Assembly (NCBI GenBank): GCA_951406725.2
Contig: OX597819.1
Location: forward strand, 104,904,001 to 104,968,000
Source of the DNA: Octopus vulgaris
Taxonomy: Eukaryota
DNA length: 64,000 nucleotides
Direction of reading: 5' to 3'
This document shows, one piece after another, positions 50,496 to 64,000 of the stretch (the first letter of the stretch is position 1; each line of letters starts with the position of its first letter). The notes below the pieces were generated by a model that worked only from the letters and a program-made list of their open reading frames with translations, searched no databases and was not told the origin of the DNA. The translations under genes were made by a program, and so were the position numbers.

Positions 50496-50663
50496 TGACC
50501 CTGATATGAACAACAAACTGAATCCTGTTTTGTTGTTTAATATTTGTGTTGCTCTGTTTGTCTGGTGTAGCACTGTGACCTCTAATCATGTTATTTCTCC
50601 ATATCTTTAGGTTTTAGAGACGATACACTTCCAGTGAATTGTTTCTATTTTTCTGTAAAACAG

Positions 50664-50776
50664 GAGCGTAATGTTGGTGATGCTAAACGATATAATGATG
50701 TGATACAGCACGAGTCTCTACGGGTTGCAGTTTGTGATATGTTGGAAGAACGATGTACCTGTCCTCAAGCACTTCG
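50664..50776 (+). CDS. UBE2Z: UBE2Z exon 5
   Basis: aaacag|GAG...CTT CG|gtattg; [38 protein letters not shown]. Confidence 0.92.
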
Positions 50777-53242
50777 GTATTGTTGTTGTTGTTATTATTA
50801 TTGCTATTTTCCCAAACACTTCTTTGACTGTGTGTATGCTGTATTATTATTATCATTAACAGTAGTAGCTGAAAGGAAGAGCTATATTGATAAAGTATCA
50901 GTCAAAATGCTTTCTGCCCTTTACATCCTGAGTTCGAATCCTACTGAAGATGGCTGCTTTTGTCCTTCCAGGATCAATAAAATATAATACCAGTCAAGTA
51001 CTGGGGTTGATATAACTGACTATTCCATCTCTCCTCTCAATTTCTGGGCTTGTGCCCATCTAGAAAATCATCATCATTATGATTATTATTTTGGGGAGTG
51101 GAGTGGATTGGTAGAATCATCAGAGCATCAGAAAAAATGCTTTGTAGTATTTGTTCTGAATTCAAATCCTGTTCTAGTCAACTTTACCTTTCATCTTCTT
51201 AGAATTGATGATATATAGTACCAATTAGGTACTAGGATCAATGATATTGACTAATCTCCTCCACCAAAATTTCAAGCTTTGTGCCTATGTTAAGGAGTCA
51301 AAGTCCATTTATAACAAGTTTTGATTTTTGGTTGTAGTGATTTCACTTACAACTCTAAATATCATCATCAATGTTTTTCATGCTGTGGTGGCTTACATGA
51401 CTCTGCTATACAGCATAACATGACCTGTTTCATTTTTTTTGTCATCTCATTTGTGAAACCCAACATCCTGAGATCTGACTTCACATGTTCCTTTATCTTT
51501 CCTATTAAACAGCTTTTTGTAATGTAGCACTCATTGTCCATTCACAACATATGTCCATAGTAGAGTAGTCATTTCTCTTGCACTTATTATCTTTAATTGC
51601 AGCTGCTGTCAATATGGAAAGCAGAACATTGCCAGAGTCATGAGTGTTGGTTAGAATGCCTCATATTTGTTCTGACTCTCTGCACTAAGGTTAGGATCTC
51701 TTATGAGCCCTGGAATTTAACCAGGTTTCCATGTGGTATAAGTAATTCAAACTACAATACTCCTTCCTGAATAGGATGTCAGTCCATCGCAGGTTTAACT
51801 TCCAGCTGTTGCTGGGACTTTTTTTACAGCTAAGTGGACTGGGGCAAGCAACATGAAGTATAGTGTTTTGGTCAAGAACACAATGCACTGCCTAGTGCAG
51901 GAATCGAAACTACAATCTTACAATAGTGACTGCAACACTTTAACCACTGGGTCACTAGCCCTCACCCATCAAGGTTAGCTTTATCTTTGATATTTTAGGG
52001 ATCAATAAAAAGAAAATACCAATCTTGGTCAATGAATTAATGGAACTGTTAAAAAGTTTGGTAATGATGGTGTTTTGTGGTATTGATCCCAGTTCTTTGC
52101 ATTCTGACCTGGTGCCAAATTATATTGGCTTAAAGTCAGCAACCTTTTCTTTGGATAAATATGGGTGGTAGGTAGAGATGAGATTTGTATGCATAGGCTA
52201 CTGTTAGTCTTTCTCAAAAACTCTTACCCTAACCTGCACATATATGTACAGATGCATGATCAACATTGACCGACAGAAACCTTAGACAGTCAGTATGGTA
52301 GTAATATATTAGCACTGACTAAATTTGATTTTAAGGTAAATATTAGACTTATATAATGTTAACCTACATGAAAGATAGAACTTTTTGCTTGTTAATGACA
52401 TTGGTCAATAAAGCAGAGATAACTGGCAGTGGTGTAAATAGTGGTTGAAAAAGAGCCTTGTATGCCAAGACGGAAAGATCATGTTGGATAGAAAAATACA
52501 CAGAGAGAAATGAAGTGAGGTCTCAGGATGCTGGTCATTACAGTTGTGCAGCCACTTAATTTAGAAGGATTAAAGACGTCAGCATTAAAAAATTTCACAT
52601 AAAGAAGTGTAAGATACCAAAACAGTATGTTTGGCAGAATCATGAGAGCATCGGATATAATTCACACACTGTTTTTGTTTCAAATCTTGGCAGAACAATT
52701 ATAGTGTTGGATGAGAGGCTTGTTGTATCTGTTCCATCACTTGGTATTGTTACAACACTGGTGCCAAGCTGTGTCAGATCCAAAGTAGCAGCCTTTTTCT
52801 TGGACAGCATTGGTAATGTAGAGAGGGAAGACTTGCATGCATAGGTTGGCTGCCAGTCATCATCGCCATTATCCAATGTCTTTTCTTCCATGCTGGCATG
52901 GATCAAACAGCTTAGCATGAGTAGACAAGCCAGAGGATTGTGCCAAGCTCCAATGTCTGCTTGGCATGGTTTCTACAATCGGATGCCCTTTATAACACCA
53001 GCCACATCACAGGATGTACCAGTTCCTTTTTTTCATAGTACTAATCCAGTTTTCAACAAAAATTTTGTGCAGCTACATGGCCACTTTGACTAGCAGGGGC
53101 TTGATATGAGATATCAATGACTTAGTTTGGTTTGTATTGAGGACAGATGGGTTCTAATGTGGGTGATATTCATTAAGTGACTATTTGATAACTGCTATTT
53201 TTTTTACCTCAACTAATTCATGATTTACTTTCTTGTCTTTAG

Positions 53243-53333
53243 AGAAGTGATGGAAAAGTCCTTCCCCACGTATTATGATTATTATGAATCTGTATGTAAA
53301 GCCAACCTCATGAAGCAGGGGCAGACAATGTTG
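53243..53333 (+). CDS. UBE2Z: UBE2Z exon 6
   Basis: ctttag|A GAA...ATG TTG|gtaagt; EVMEKSFPTYYDYYESVCKANLMKQGQTML. Confidence 0.92.
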
Positions 53334-53789
53334 GTAAGTACTGCTATTTTTACTAACACCAACCTGCAGATCGTGCTGTCTTTACTGCAACACCAGCCAG
53401 TGTAGGTTCATGATGACAATTAAAACAATGGACGTTAAAATAAAGCAGAGCATGAAGGAAGCAATGCTATTTAAGTACAGATACATTGGTCAATTAAACC
53501 AACAGTAACCTTGATGGTGTTGGGTTAAGTTCTATTGAAACATTACAATAGTGTGAAGTAAGCTAATCAAGCATTACAGAATATGGGTTCCCTTATACTT
53601 CACTGCAGGATATGATTTAAGAGTGATTTAGTTGCCATTTCTAACACATCCTACGGTCACAATAGACACTTTCTCATTACCTCACATGTGCTTTGTTGTT
53701 TTTGTTATATTTAACCTCAAGTGAATCCTGGCTTAAGCAGATCTTTGACCAAAGATGTTCAAGCTGTGACAATCCCAGAATCTCTTTAA

Positions 53790-54009
53790 CGCTATCGCAT
53801 TTAAGCTGGTCGTATCCAACCAAAATATTCTACTTGTTTTATGTTGAAATTGGCCAGATCTAGCTTCTCACACCTACCCTACAATATCTTTGTAAAAATG
53901 AACAACTACATTATTGAAATCTCAAAGTTATGATACAATGTGTGATTAATTCAAAACAATGTGAATAAATAAACATTACATTTGAGATAGTAATCTAGAT
54001 GTTAAAGGG
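53790..54009. mobile_element. Degenerate piggyBac-like MITE
   Basis: TTAA|cgctatcgcatttaag ... ctagatgttaaaggg|TTAA. Confidence 0.45.
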
Positions 54010-54352
54010 TTAACCAACATGTCCTTTTCTAAACTTATAGGATGTAATTTGAGAAAGCTTTGGCTGCTGTTTTTAGCAAATCAGGTGACCATGTAGAGCG
54101 GTTATCATAGATAAACTACAGTCTGCAGGACTTACTGAATGGCATGCTAACAAAACATTGCCTTGAATTATTTTTAGTAGTTGCTCACTTGATGAGTCAT
54201 GTCTCATGTGACCTGCTTCTTGAAAAGAAGGCTGGCTATGCCTGGTACAGAGGTTTCCTTGATTTGTGGTGGTGGTGGTAATGATAGATGTTGGAGATAT
54301 GGTCTGTAACCAATGTCTTAAGATTTGGTTTCTCTTCTGTTTACTTTCCCAG

Positions 54353-54511
54353 GATCCTTTCGGTGACAAACGAGGCTCATTTGACTATCAGTCCATCTTA
54401 AAGAGGCTCCATGCCATCAAGAAGAAACTAGAAGAGAAACAAATAGCATCGGATGAAGAAGGGTCATCAGACTCAGAAAGTGACATTGTGAATGACTCCA
54501 GTCAAAGCTGA
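54353..54511 (+). CDS. UBE2Z: UBE2Z exon 7 (last coding exon; total CDS 885 nt, 294 aa)
   Basis: tcccag|GAT; DPFGDKRGSFDYQSILKRL...acidic Ser-rich tail, TGA. Confidence 0.93.
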   Translation, partial: DPFGDKRGSFDYQSILKRLHAIKKKLEEKQIASDEEGSSDSESDIVNDSSQS

Positions 54512-54642
54512 TGTTTGTCGCCCACTACAAGTGACTGGACAACCATCAATTGGAGGCAGTGGGGTGGGACACAGATGGACTACAATGATAAGTTGTGTTG
54601 CTGTTGGCTGCCAAAAGTACATCATTACTATGGCTACAGAAC

Positions 54643-54702
<60 letters not shown>

Positions 54703-55739
54703 CTCTCCTCCCTTACCTTGATTCATTGTGATATGAGCTTCAGACAGTCTCAATGTATAAATCCGGTAAACCTCTTTTTTTTTTTTTTCTTAACCCTCCC
54801 ACTTGTCCAGCCATACATACACACATGCATGTGCTTCTTGTTTCCTCTTTCCCTTTCTTCATTGTCTTTTGCAGTGTGGAAACGGTAATGAGCAGGGAGC
54901 ATTTGTTAAATCTGAAGACCTGAAGATCTCCTACTTTCCGCTCTTTTCCAACTTAAAGCAACCACCCTGCTGGTTTGTCCAGCTGTTGTTGCTTTATGTC
55001 TGTATATAAGGTTGGTGGAACAAACAGGAAAAAATAGAACTCAATACATGAATATATTTTCAATTAATAGAAAAGTTACAAAAGTGACTCAAGGGCCAAC
55101 AGTTTTGTTCATACCGCTTATAAAAATTTGGTAAGTCCTGGGTGCAAAACTCTTAGACCTTGCGTCATATTTGTACTTCTCTGTTGATGTATGTTTGTGT
55201 ATGTGTGTATGTGGGGGTGGTTTTTGTGTATGTATATGTGAGTTCTGGTTTTGTTTTAGAAACTTCTCACCAATACAAATTGTCTCCAGTCTAGAAACAA
55301 GGCTCTCTCAATGGAATCTTGACTACATCAACTAGGTAGCCACGCATGATTGTGCATGTGAACATATCGTTATGTGTGAAGTTGTGCATATATCTGTGTG
55401 TGTATCTTATTTTTTAAGCTGAAAGTCCTTCAGTAATTTTTCATATGCTAGTTTCGTGTGTAACACATAAAAGTGAAAACTGTCCATTTTTAGAATGCTA
55501 TTTCTAGCTAATAAAGAATATTCTGATAGATTCTGGAAAACATTGATTAGGCCCACACTGTAAACAGTGCATAAATTTGAATTCTAATATAAATGATCAA
55601 TCAAAATAATATTAAGGCTTTAATAGTTAATTTAATTTCAAAAAAGGAAAATGTGTTTAATTAAATAGGATGGGTCAGACTTTCTGTATATACATACATA
55701 AACATAAATAAAATGTGTTTATGTATAGATTACCTCAGT

Positions 55740-55784
<45 letters not shown>

Positions 55785-56454
55785 GTCTAACTCATGCTAG
55801 CATGGAAAGACAGGTGTAAAAACAAACAAATGAATATATATATGTACAGTTGTATGTCATTGAACTGTGGCCATGCTACAACACTGTCCATGCTTGTGTA
55901 AGAGTGCATGTGTGTCTACACATGAAGATCTATTAAGATGTAAGAAACTATATACATATATAAGTATCAAGTACTTGTGTGTACTTAAATGTATGTGTAT
56001 TCTTATACATGTATGTGCACACAGGAAAATTTAAGTGCAAATTTTCCAGTTATATAATGTAACTTAAAGTGTGTATATACACAATATATGCTGTATGTCA
56101 ATGTAGAAATTGTGAGACAATGCAAAAGTTGTTGGTGACATAGGAAGTATCGGTGAGTATGATTATATTTGTGTGTTTGTGGTGCATGTGTATACACACA
56201 CTTTGTATGTATATAGATATACACATAAATATATGCTCTGTTCACATATTTGTCTGCCAACACACTTCAGGTTGTCAACAGATTTCCTTCATATCTAGTA
56301 ATATCTAGAATGAATAATAATACTAATAATTTTTTTTGTTTATAATTATATAGTTCATTGTGTTATTTTATTTATTTTTTTTAATCGTTATTTTAAAAAA
56401 CAAATTCTGTTATTTTTTACTGGATATTCTGTATCTAAAAATATTTTCTTTATT

Positions 56455-56460
56455 AATAAA
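56455..56460 (+). terminator. Candidate UBE2Z polyadenylation signal
   Basis: AATAAA at the end of a T-rich ~1.9-kb putative 3' UTR, followed by ATTAAA and a GT/T-rich tract; other AATAAA hexamers exist upstream. Confidence 0.4.
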
Positions 56461-58661
56461 CATTAAAGATATTGCTGTAGTTGTCTCCCTTACTACTTGA
56501 AACTTTGATGAAGTTTTCGCTTTTTTTTCACTACATAATAATATCTAGTTATCTTTTTATCTTTTCTAGCAGGGATTAGACGAACAGAAATGGCCCAAAC
56601 CACTTCAGATGACCCACCACCTCTGCTACAATCGCCACTACCCCGTCCATCTCAGTAGGGGTTAGCCCCTTCCACTCTGAGCACTTCTCCCAATATAGTC
56701 TTGAGGTTTCTTTCCAAAATCTTTAGTGCAGAGTTCATTCCAAATCCCAGCCTGGTCAAGCTGTTTGTCTTACTCTTGTACTTTATAATCTGGTATTTCC
56801 ACAACTTCGTGAAGCTGTAGATAGGCTGACTTCAAATCTGCTCTCATGGAAACCCTGTCATGTCCCCACTCTCTCCACATACATCCACAGCCTCTCTGCC
56901 AGTATAACATACTACACAGTTGTTCATCTTCCAAAAGTCCACCATTGGTTAAGCTTTATTCTTTGTTTATTGAACAACTACCATCAGTGGCAGCACCCAA
57001 TTCTTCACCTTTTCTTCCCAAGCCATTAAAATACCTTCCTCAATCCACTTTCCACCTCCCTCTTATGTTCAGCTGTCCACCACCTATCTTAAATAGCCCA
57101 CATAGCAACACATTTTATTTTTCAACACTGGAGGCTCACCCTTCTAGAACCACTTGTCTCCATTGCTTGCCATCAAACATAACGTGGAAATTCATGTCTT
57201 CCATCTTATGAGGAACACCCACCCTTCCTTCGCTCACTTTGATAATTCTAGTTTTATCTCTTCTGCGGCACTCACAGCACATCATGCCCTTCCAAACCTT
57301 ACCATTTCCTCACTGACCAGAATGCCTCCCAGCCTGTTGATTACATCCATCCTCATCACTTAACATCAAATCCTTTAACAGAGGTGGTTTATTACAATCC
57401 AGTGCCAGTACTTTACATTTTCTTCGCTCCCATTAATTGCTCTTATACCGCTCTTTCCACCCTAGCTATCCACAGGCTTTGCAATTACTAGAGCGGTTGT
57501 GCAGCTTGTCTCAACCAGCAGCTACTGGCCCAGAAGTTTCTTTCCTGTTTCCCAGGCTGCAGTGAATCACTTTGTGACCAGCCTGGTCGCCAGTAACAGA
57601 TCAATCCTGGTTTGGGCTGATTGGAGTTTGTTAATTAATGATTGTCTCTGGAGTCAAAGAAAGACAGTTCTACAATTTCTTGCTGAGCTGCCTGCACAGA
57701 TGATTTGCTTATAGTGATCAAATGTTTATGCTACACACTAGCTCATTCATTATCGTCGTCGTCGTTTAACATCCACTTTCCATGCTGGCATGGGTTGAAC
57801 GGTTTGACTGAGGACTAGCAGGCTAGAAGGCTGTACCAGGCTCCAATCTGATCTGGCATGGTTTCCACAGCTCGATGCCCTTCCTAATGCCAACCACTCT
57901 GAGAGTGTAGTGGGTGCTTTTTACGTGCCACTGGCAAGAGGGCCAGTCAGGCGGCATTGATCACACATGAATGGTGCTTTTAACATGCCACCAGCACAGA
58001 AGCCAGTCAGACAGCACTGGCAACAACCCACGCTCGAATGGTACCGTCAATTCGGATAGCTATTCCCTTTGTTGGGTCGACATTTGGCAAACTCTTTCTC
58101 CCATTCATTTAGCAACCTTTCATAATGGCATCTCCAGGCACTATCCCCATTTTTGTCGTTTATATTCACATCAACAAATCAAGCAGACCTATGATCAAAA
58201 GGGTTTCAACCATGACCATCAATCAATTTTTTTCTAACAATTTATATCTAAGACTCCATTTCCCAATTTTTTTTTTTTTTAAGACTGTAGATATTTCTAT
58301 TTCAAGCAATCACTTCAAAGTTACTTATCACAACAGGTCAGTTTCATTGTCCATCTAGTAACTTGACATATGATCAATAGCATTCTAGCCATAACCATCC
58401 AAAATTTTTTTTTTTTTGTAGAACACGATTTTCTTTGAGGAGTATGATTTAAAGGGGATTTGGCTGCTATTTTTAACAGGTGATAGCTACATCTTGAATG
58501 TCTGCCTCAGTCTAGCTACAATACTTTCATTTAAACAACCTAACCAACTAAAACTAGCTCAGAAATAGAAATTCTCTATTTTGAAGGAAGGCGTGATTTC
58601 TGTTTTATAACTGCTGGTCCATTGGTGAACTGTGGTTCATAATTGGTCCAGAGATTGCACC

Positions 58662-58701
<40 letters not shown>

Positions 58702-59207
58702 CATTCATCTACAGTAGTAGTTGAATAATATTCTTAAGGCTGCAGTTAACTCACACAGCATCTGTCAGAGCTTGTCGCTAATTCAGTTCTGAACTAAATT
58801 GTTAACACTTTTGAAGAGGACTGGTCTCTAGCTACATTTTGTCATAAAAAAAAAAAGCTGAGATTTGATTCAGTAGAAAAAAAAGTTTACATTAAAATTT
58901 GTAGCAATGTTATAGGAGATTAACGCCACAAGGTCAAAAAATTGAACCTAAGTATAATTAACTTTTTTTTTATTTTAAAAACAACCTATATTTTAATTAA
59001 GCTTAAATGATAGAGTTCAAATTTGAGGAATTTCATATCAATCTCATGCAAAGAAGTTATGAGTGTTTTGTTTCTCAAATTTGAGGGTGATAATATAGTT
59101 CTATAAGGGGACTTTTGTATATGTCACAGGTGTCATTGAAATAAGGAAAAACTTATCAAGGACACTGCTAATTGACACATTTGACATTATTAATTAGCAT
59201 AATAGCC

Positions 59208-60845
59208 TGGAAAAATGCAAGCAAGAGAAATATTCTTAAGATAATAAAACTGGAAAATTACAGGACAAGTTATTACATCTGGTAAAGTACAGAACAAGAA
59301 CATTTTTACTTAAAATATTGCAGCTAAAGATAAAATTTGAATATTAATTTACAAAGTAACATTATAATGAAAAAATGTACTATCATTTTGTTAAATATTG
59401 ACACACTAGAATACTTAAAAAATGAGAGCCAGAAGTACCAATATAGCTAAAGTTTTATGCAAAGTAGAATAGTATATATGGTAGGCAAATTCATTATGTA
59501 AAAATGGCATTGGGGGTCAAGTCTGAAAATGTGAAGACTTGGCAATAACTTAATAATTCAAGCAAATTTTACTGTGAATTTGTTGTTACAGGTAGATTTC
59601 ACTGTAACAACAAACTAATTTTTGTATTCTATTTATTGTACTAATTATGTACTATTATTTTCTATAACTTAATTAGAAACTTGAAAGTAATTTTAAAAAA
59701 TGAATTTTTTTTCAAGTGCAAAAAATATTTTGAGTTATTTTTATTTTTAATAGAAGTAACAACTTGTAATAACATTTTTGGTTTTAATAGAAGCTAATAT
59801 TTTCTAAATCTAAATATTTTATTTGAAATTTTATCCTTTGCTGCAATATTTTAGGTAAAAATTTTCTTGTTCTGTAATTTAGCAGATGTAATAAGTTGTC
59901 CTGAACTTTACTTGTCCTGTAATTTTCCAGGTTTATAATCTTAAGATTATTTCTATAATAATAATAATGAAATTATTGTATACAGTGCTCAGGTGCACCA
60001 CAACTTGTCAGAAAGTGCATATAAAGTACATGCAGTAATGTAGAAATGTCTGGAAAGTGAACATGCTTGTGTGTGTATGGAGGGGAGAAAATCAAGTGTA
60101 GTGTTGGCGAATCTCAGGAAGCATGGAAGTCTTGAAGGATGCAGTGCTCCGACAACTAACAACCGATGCCGGCAGTTTGTTCCACGCTTCAGCAACTCTC
60201 AGCGTGAAAAAATGTTTCCTGAAGTCATGGGAGCTGTGCTGTTTTCTTACTTTGTAAATATGTCCACGGGTGTTAGATGGGTGGAGTTTGAAGAGGTGCT
60301 CAGTGTTATTGTTTGTGCGATGGTTGATAATTTTATGTGTGTCTGCCAGGTCAGCTGCCAGACGTCGGAGTTTCAATGTGTCCATGCCCAGGGAAGTAAG
60401 GCGTTCAGGATATGGCAAATGCCTGATGGAGGGTATTCTTTTGGTTGCACGTCGCTGAACAGCTTCCAGACGATTGATGTCCTGGGCAAGATAGGGGTTC
60501 CAGACCGGTGATGCAAACTCCAGGTGAGGTCTTACCATAGCTATAGATAGCCGGAGAGCGGCTCACAAAGGATTTGGTGAGTGATGCCAAGACACCCTCA
60601 GCCTTCTTGACAATTTTGGCGATGTGTTTCGTCCAACGCAAATCACTGTCGACAATAACACCCAGGTCACGTTCACTTGAAGACTTTTTGAGACTAGTGT
60701 TGTGGAGGGAGTAGGTGGACACTGGGTTTCTCCTCCCAAAATGCATGGTGGTACATTTGTCCACAGCCAGCTTGAGTTGCCAGTCCATGATCCACTGCTG
60801 CATTGTGTCCAGGTCTGCTTGCTTCTCTTGCTCACATTTTTCCAT
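59208..60845. mobile_element. AT-rich foldback element whose right arm is split by a CR1 insertion
   Basis: Left arm tggaaaaatgcaagcaagagaaatattcttaagataataaaactggaaaattacaggacaagt... is the inverse of ...acttgtcctgtaattttccaggtttataatcttaagattatttct[CR1]ttctcttgctcacatttttcca. Confidence 0.7.
59955..60822 (-). mobile_element. 5'-truncated CR1 copy, second subfamily with a longer 3' UTR
   Basis: ORF2 C-terminal fragments (ORFs 60092-60538 and 60405-60845) paralogous to 3137-4003, with an internal deletion/frameshift near 60545; (ATT)n tail. Confidence 0.9.
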
Positions 60846-62523
60846 CTAATTACTGATGTGTACATATTCATATAAAACCAAACCCCCAAATGCGTAAACT
60901 GATCACCATGAACCCAGTGTAGTTTGGAAAGACAAAAAAAAGAGGCAAAAACAAGGTGTTGACAATGAGAGAAAGAGACAAGACAAATGTAAGCAAATAA
61001 ATTTATTTTGGTATTACAGAGAAACAAAATGCTTGGCATGGAGTGGTTGTTACAGAATAATACATGTTCCAGCGGTAAGTAGTAACAGTAGTTGACACAA
61101 GAAATGTCTCAACCTACTGTAACACATCAAGGAATTATTACCCAAGAGGAATTGAACAACAGAAGCAAAATTATCCCCAAATAATAATTATATTAGCAGT
61201 TGAATAACTACCAAATGATATATTTACTGTCCAGTTAATTAATGAAATGAACCCCAAAGCTAAATTTCAAATAAACACCTATGGTAACTAAAAGTGTGAC
61301 CACAGTCAACATTATTGAATCAATCCATACAACTTTATTGACTAGTTAAGACATGTATTGTAATTTCTTTTTAAACTTATTTCTGCAGATATATCTTAAT
61401 TTCATTAGGTAGCTTAATGCAAATGAAGCATATAGCATTGCTTTATGTAACTAGCTTGTGTGTGTGTTTGTTAAGGATGGTTATTGTAAATGTTAAAAAC
61501 ACCTTTATATTCACTCTTTGTCCCCTGCAGGCACAGGTTATATTATATCACAAAATAACACAAGTGAATGACTGTATTATAATGATTACAGTTAGTATGG
61601 CAATGATGCAAAATTGTTTTATCCCCAAGTCAGAACAATCTTATTAAGTTTCAGGCTATTATTGTAAAGTGTTTGGTTTTGAAAGAGGAGAAATAACTGC
61701 AATAACAACTAATAATACATTGTAATACTAATGCTGCTAATAGTAATACAGTATTTATCAAGCAGAAAGTGTAAGATACAAAGTTGGAGATTATAAAGTA
61801 GAAAAAATATACATGTCTCATCTTTCACTTTGACTTTAGTTTCAACTTTATTAAACATTTTTTGATTCAAGGCAAACATTATTTGTATTGTGGAAATATT
61901 TATTGACTAAGAGAAGGGAAAAGAAAACAGAATCAAATTAACTGTAAATAGCATCCATTTCAGACATTCCTATTTACTGCAACTTGCAACAGAAATAACA
62001 GCCTAAGTTTATAACAGAAGAACTTTTATTATATTCTGTTAAATGAAAATACCTTTCTAGTTCTAATTTGAAAATGAGAAAAAAAAAATAAAGGGAAAAG
62101 AAATGGCCATATGACAAGCATGTTGGGAACAAAGATAATATGTATTTATATAATGATAATATCACATGCATTTCTTAAGTCCTTCTCCCCAACAATCTAA
62201 ATACATAAATTAGACCATTATTTAAAAAAAAAAAAATAACAGAGTCTCTCTTTCTTTTGTGAAAAGTAAAATGAAATAAAAATGCCAGCAGAATAAATGT
62301 AATTTATCTGATAAGAAAATACGAGGCTAACTTAAATCAGGGCAGTTATTCACCCAACCAAGGTCACCATCTGAAGTCTGAAATGCAAAGACACCATTCA
62401 ACAACACAACCATCTCTATCTTTGTCTCTTCTTCCACTGATGTGTGCCCTTGGGAGCTGTGGACTGCTGTTTATGTTCAGTAGCTGTGAGGGAAACGATG
62501 GAGGGGAGGGGGGTGTTACAAAA

Positions 62524-62652
62524 TTACCGCAGTGGCACTGTCATTGATCCCATAAACGAAGAATCTTCTTCTCGTTCAGCAGCATGACTCTTCAGTTCTT
62601 GCAACGTCTGTCGGAAACATGACCATTCATCGTTCTTTGGATTGGCAATATG
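62524..62652 (-). CDS. DYNC1I: Cytoplasmic dynein 1 intermediate chain, last coding exon
   Basis: ctctag|CAT; HIANPKNDEWSCFRQTLQELKSHAAEREEDSSFMGSMTVPLR-TAA, matching the recalled DYNC1I C-terminus (AVPRNDEWARF). Confidence 0.9.
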   Translation of the reverse strand, partial: HIANPKNDEWSCFRQTLQELKSHAAEREEDSSFMGSMTVPLR

Positions 62653-62966
62653 CTAGAGGAGAAAAAGAAAAATTCATATGAAGAAAGCATTTAGCAAACA
62701 CAAGTACTGCACACACACACACACACACACAGCCTTATTACACACCCTCACAATTTTATTTTCATTTGTCAACTACACAACTCCTTGTCTTACATGACTA
62801 ACAATCTCTCCAGGTGACACCATACAGGTGTGTTCAGAGTTTCTTTGAATGATTGTTAGTTAGGTGTGGAATAATACAATGCCTACATAAATAGTTATAT
62901 TGATGTGCAGGGGTAGAAAAAGAAAACGTTTAAGAATAAAAAAAGAAGGTAAAGTAAATCACCAAC

Positions 62967-63092
62967 CTCGCCCACATCATAAACATTAATACGTCCATTG
63001 TCATCACCAGCTGCAATATGATGTCCACTTTGGTGCCATCTACACCGATTTAGAGCAACATTATTATCAGAAACAGCTGTAGCAGTTGGGAC
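62967..63092 (-). CDS. DYNC1I: Cytoplasmic dynein 1 intermediate chain, penultimate coding exon (WD40)
   Basis: ttacag|GTC...GAG|gttggt; VPTATAVSDNNVALNRCRWHQSGHHIAAGDDNGRINVYDVGE. Confidence 0.92.
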
Positions 63093-63202
63093 CTGTAATA
63101 CACAGAATATAATAACTTTTAGATAAAGGTAGAAGCTTTGAATATTTTCATGAATCTTAGGTCTTGTTATAGTAATGTTGGGTGTGTAAACCCTTGCATG
63201 TA

Positions 63203-63424
63203 CAAAGGGATGCTGAAAAGTTCCTAGTTTGGGGTAAAAAAAAAAAAATACAGGAGGATCAGTTAATTATGATTTTATTCAACATATTCCCCTCTCAGAT
63301 TCACACTCTTATTGCAGCAGTCCTTCAGTTTTTCTAAGTCCTGTAAAAGAACTAGGAATATTGGTCCTCCAACCAGGCCTTTTGTGATACCCTTAAAGGC
63401 AGGAACGTTTTCAGCGTCTCTTCA
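63203..63424. mobile_element. Mariner-like MITE in a dynein IC intron
   Basis: TA|caaagggatgctgaaaagttcct ... aggaacgttttcagcgtctcttca|TA. Confidence 0.6.
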
Positions 63425-63554
63425 TATATGTACATAACCACGAATATAGGTGTGTATGTATACACAGAAACACATACATACACTAAATCTATTTCTTTGT
63501 TTCATCATGCAAAATGTAACAGACTTAAAAGACCAGCTTTATAGCTTTAATTAC

Positions 63555-63695
63555 CTCAGTTTCGTTATTAAGGTGCCACAAATCCAGTCGGCCCATTCCA
63601 TCAACACTAGCAAACATGGCTGGGTGTATGGGAGACCACTGTACATCATAGACGTAGTCACTGTTGTCTTCAAATGAATGGATGTATTTCGAATC
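63555..63695 (-). CDS. DYNC1I: Cytoplasmic dynein 1 intermediate chain WD40 exon; gene continues off the right edge
   Basis: ttgcag|GAT...GAG|gtaatt; [47 protein letters not shown]. Confidence 0.94.
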
Positions 63696-64000
63696 CTGCA
63701 AGAAATGAAAAGAACCAATTGATAACATAAATAACCCAGCTTAGATACAATCAGTGTTAGGACTTCATTTAATAATGGAAGACTGAAATGAAAAGGATAC
63801 TAAAGAATAAAAAGATATTAAACATACAAAGGTACTTATGTGGGATGTCAGTACAGAGACTGAAGTATTGGTGACACAGGTACAATTAGTAAGTAAAGTC
63901 CACTAATCTAAGAAGCAGTAGGGCATACAGTATATCAAACAACTGTTGAAGCTTTTGAGTACAGCTTGGATGAAATGGATTCTACTGTTGAGTTATACAC

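Noticed and set aside
56846-57363. ORFs in the pyrimidine-rich intergenic tract
   Set aside because: No motifs or splice structure; likely old repeat-derived sequence

Overview
AT-rich, repeat-dense animal genomic DNA. The SINE families and microsatellite load suggest a cephalopod, probably Octopus (inference). Three spliced genes can be built by hand with phase-consistent GT-AG junctions: (1) the 5' part of a ZFP64-like zinc-finger gene on the minus strand (exons 20851-20890, 13615-14171, 698-1616, continuing off the left edge); (2) a complete 7-exon UBE2Z (E2 enzyme, 294 aa) on the plus strand (36544-54511); (3) the last three coding exons of a cytoplasmic dynein-1 intermediate chain on the minus strand (62524-63695). 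Introns and intergenic DNA hold young CR1 LINEs, decayed RTE and R4-like retroelements, a Tigger deletion derivative, several MITEs, a Helitron-like element, many SINEs and an initiator-tRNA-Met relic. The most notable signals are two paralogous ~150-nt sequences in UBE2Z intron 1 with box H/ACA snoRNA geometry, and a G_GGA_AAC -1 slippery heptamer exactly at the ORF1/ORF2 junction of a CR1 whose ORF2 has no usable AUG. All calls come from reading the sequence; no searches were run, and repeat boundaries are approximate unless TIRs or TSDs are given.
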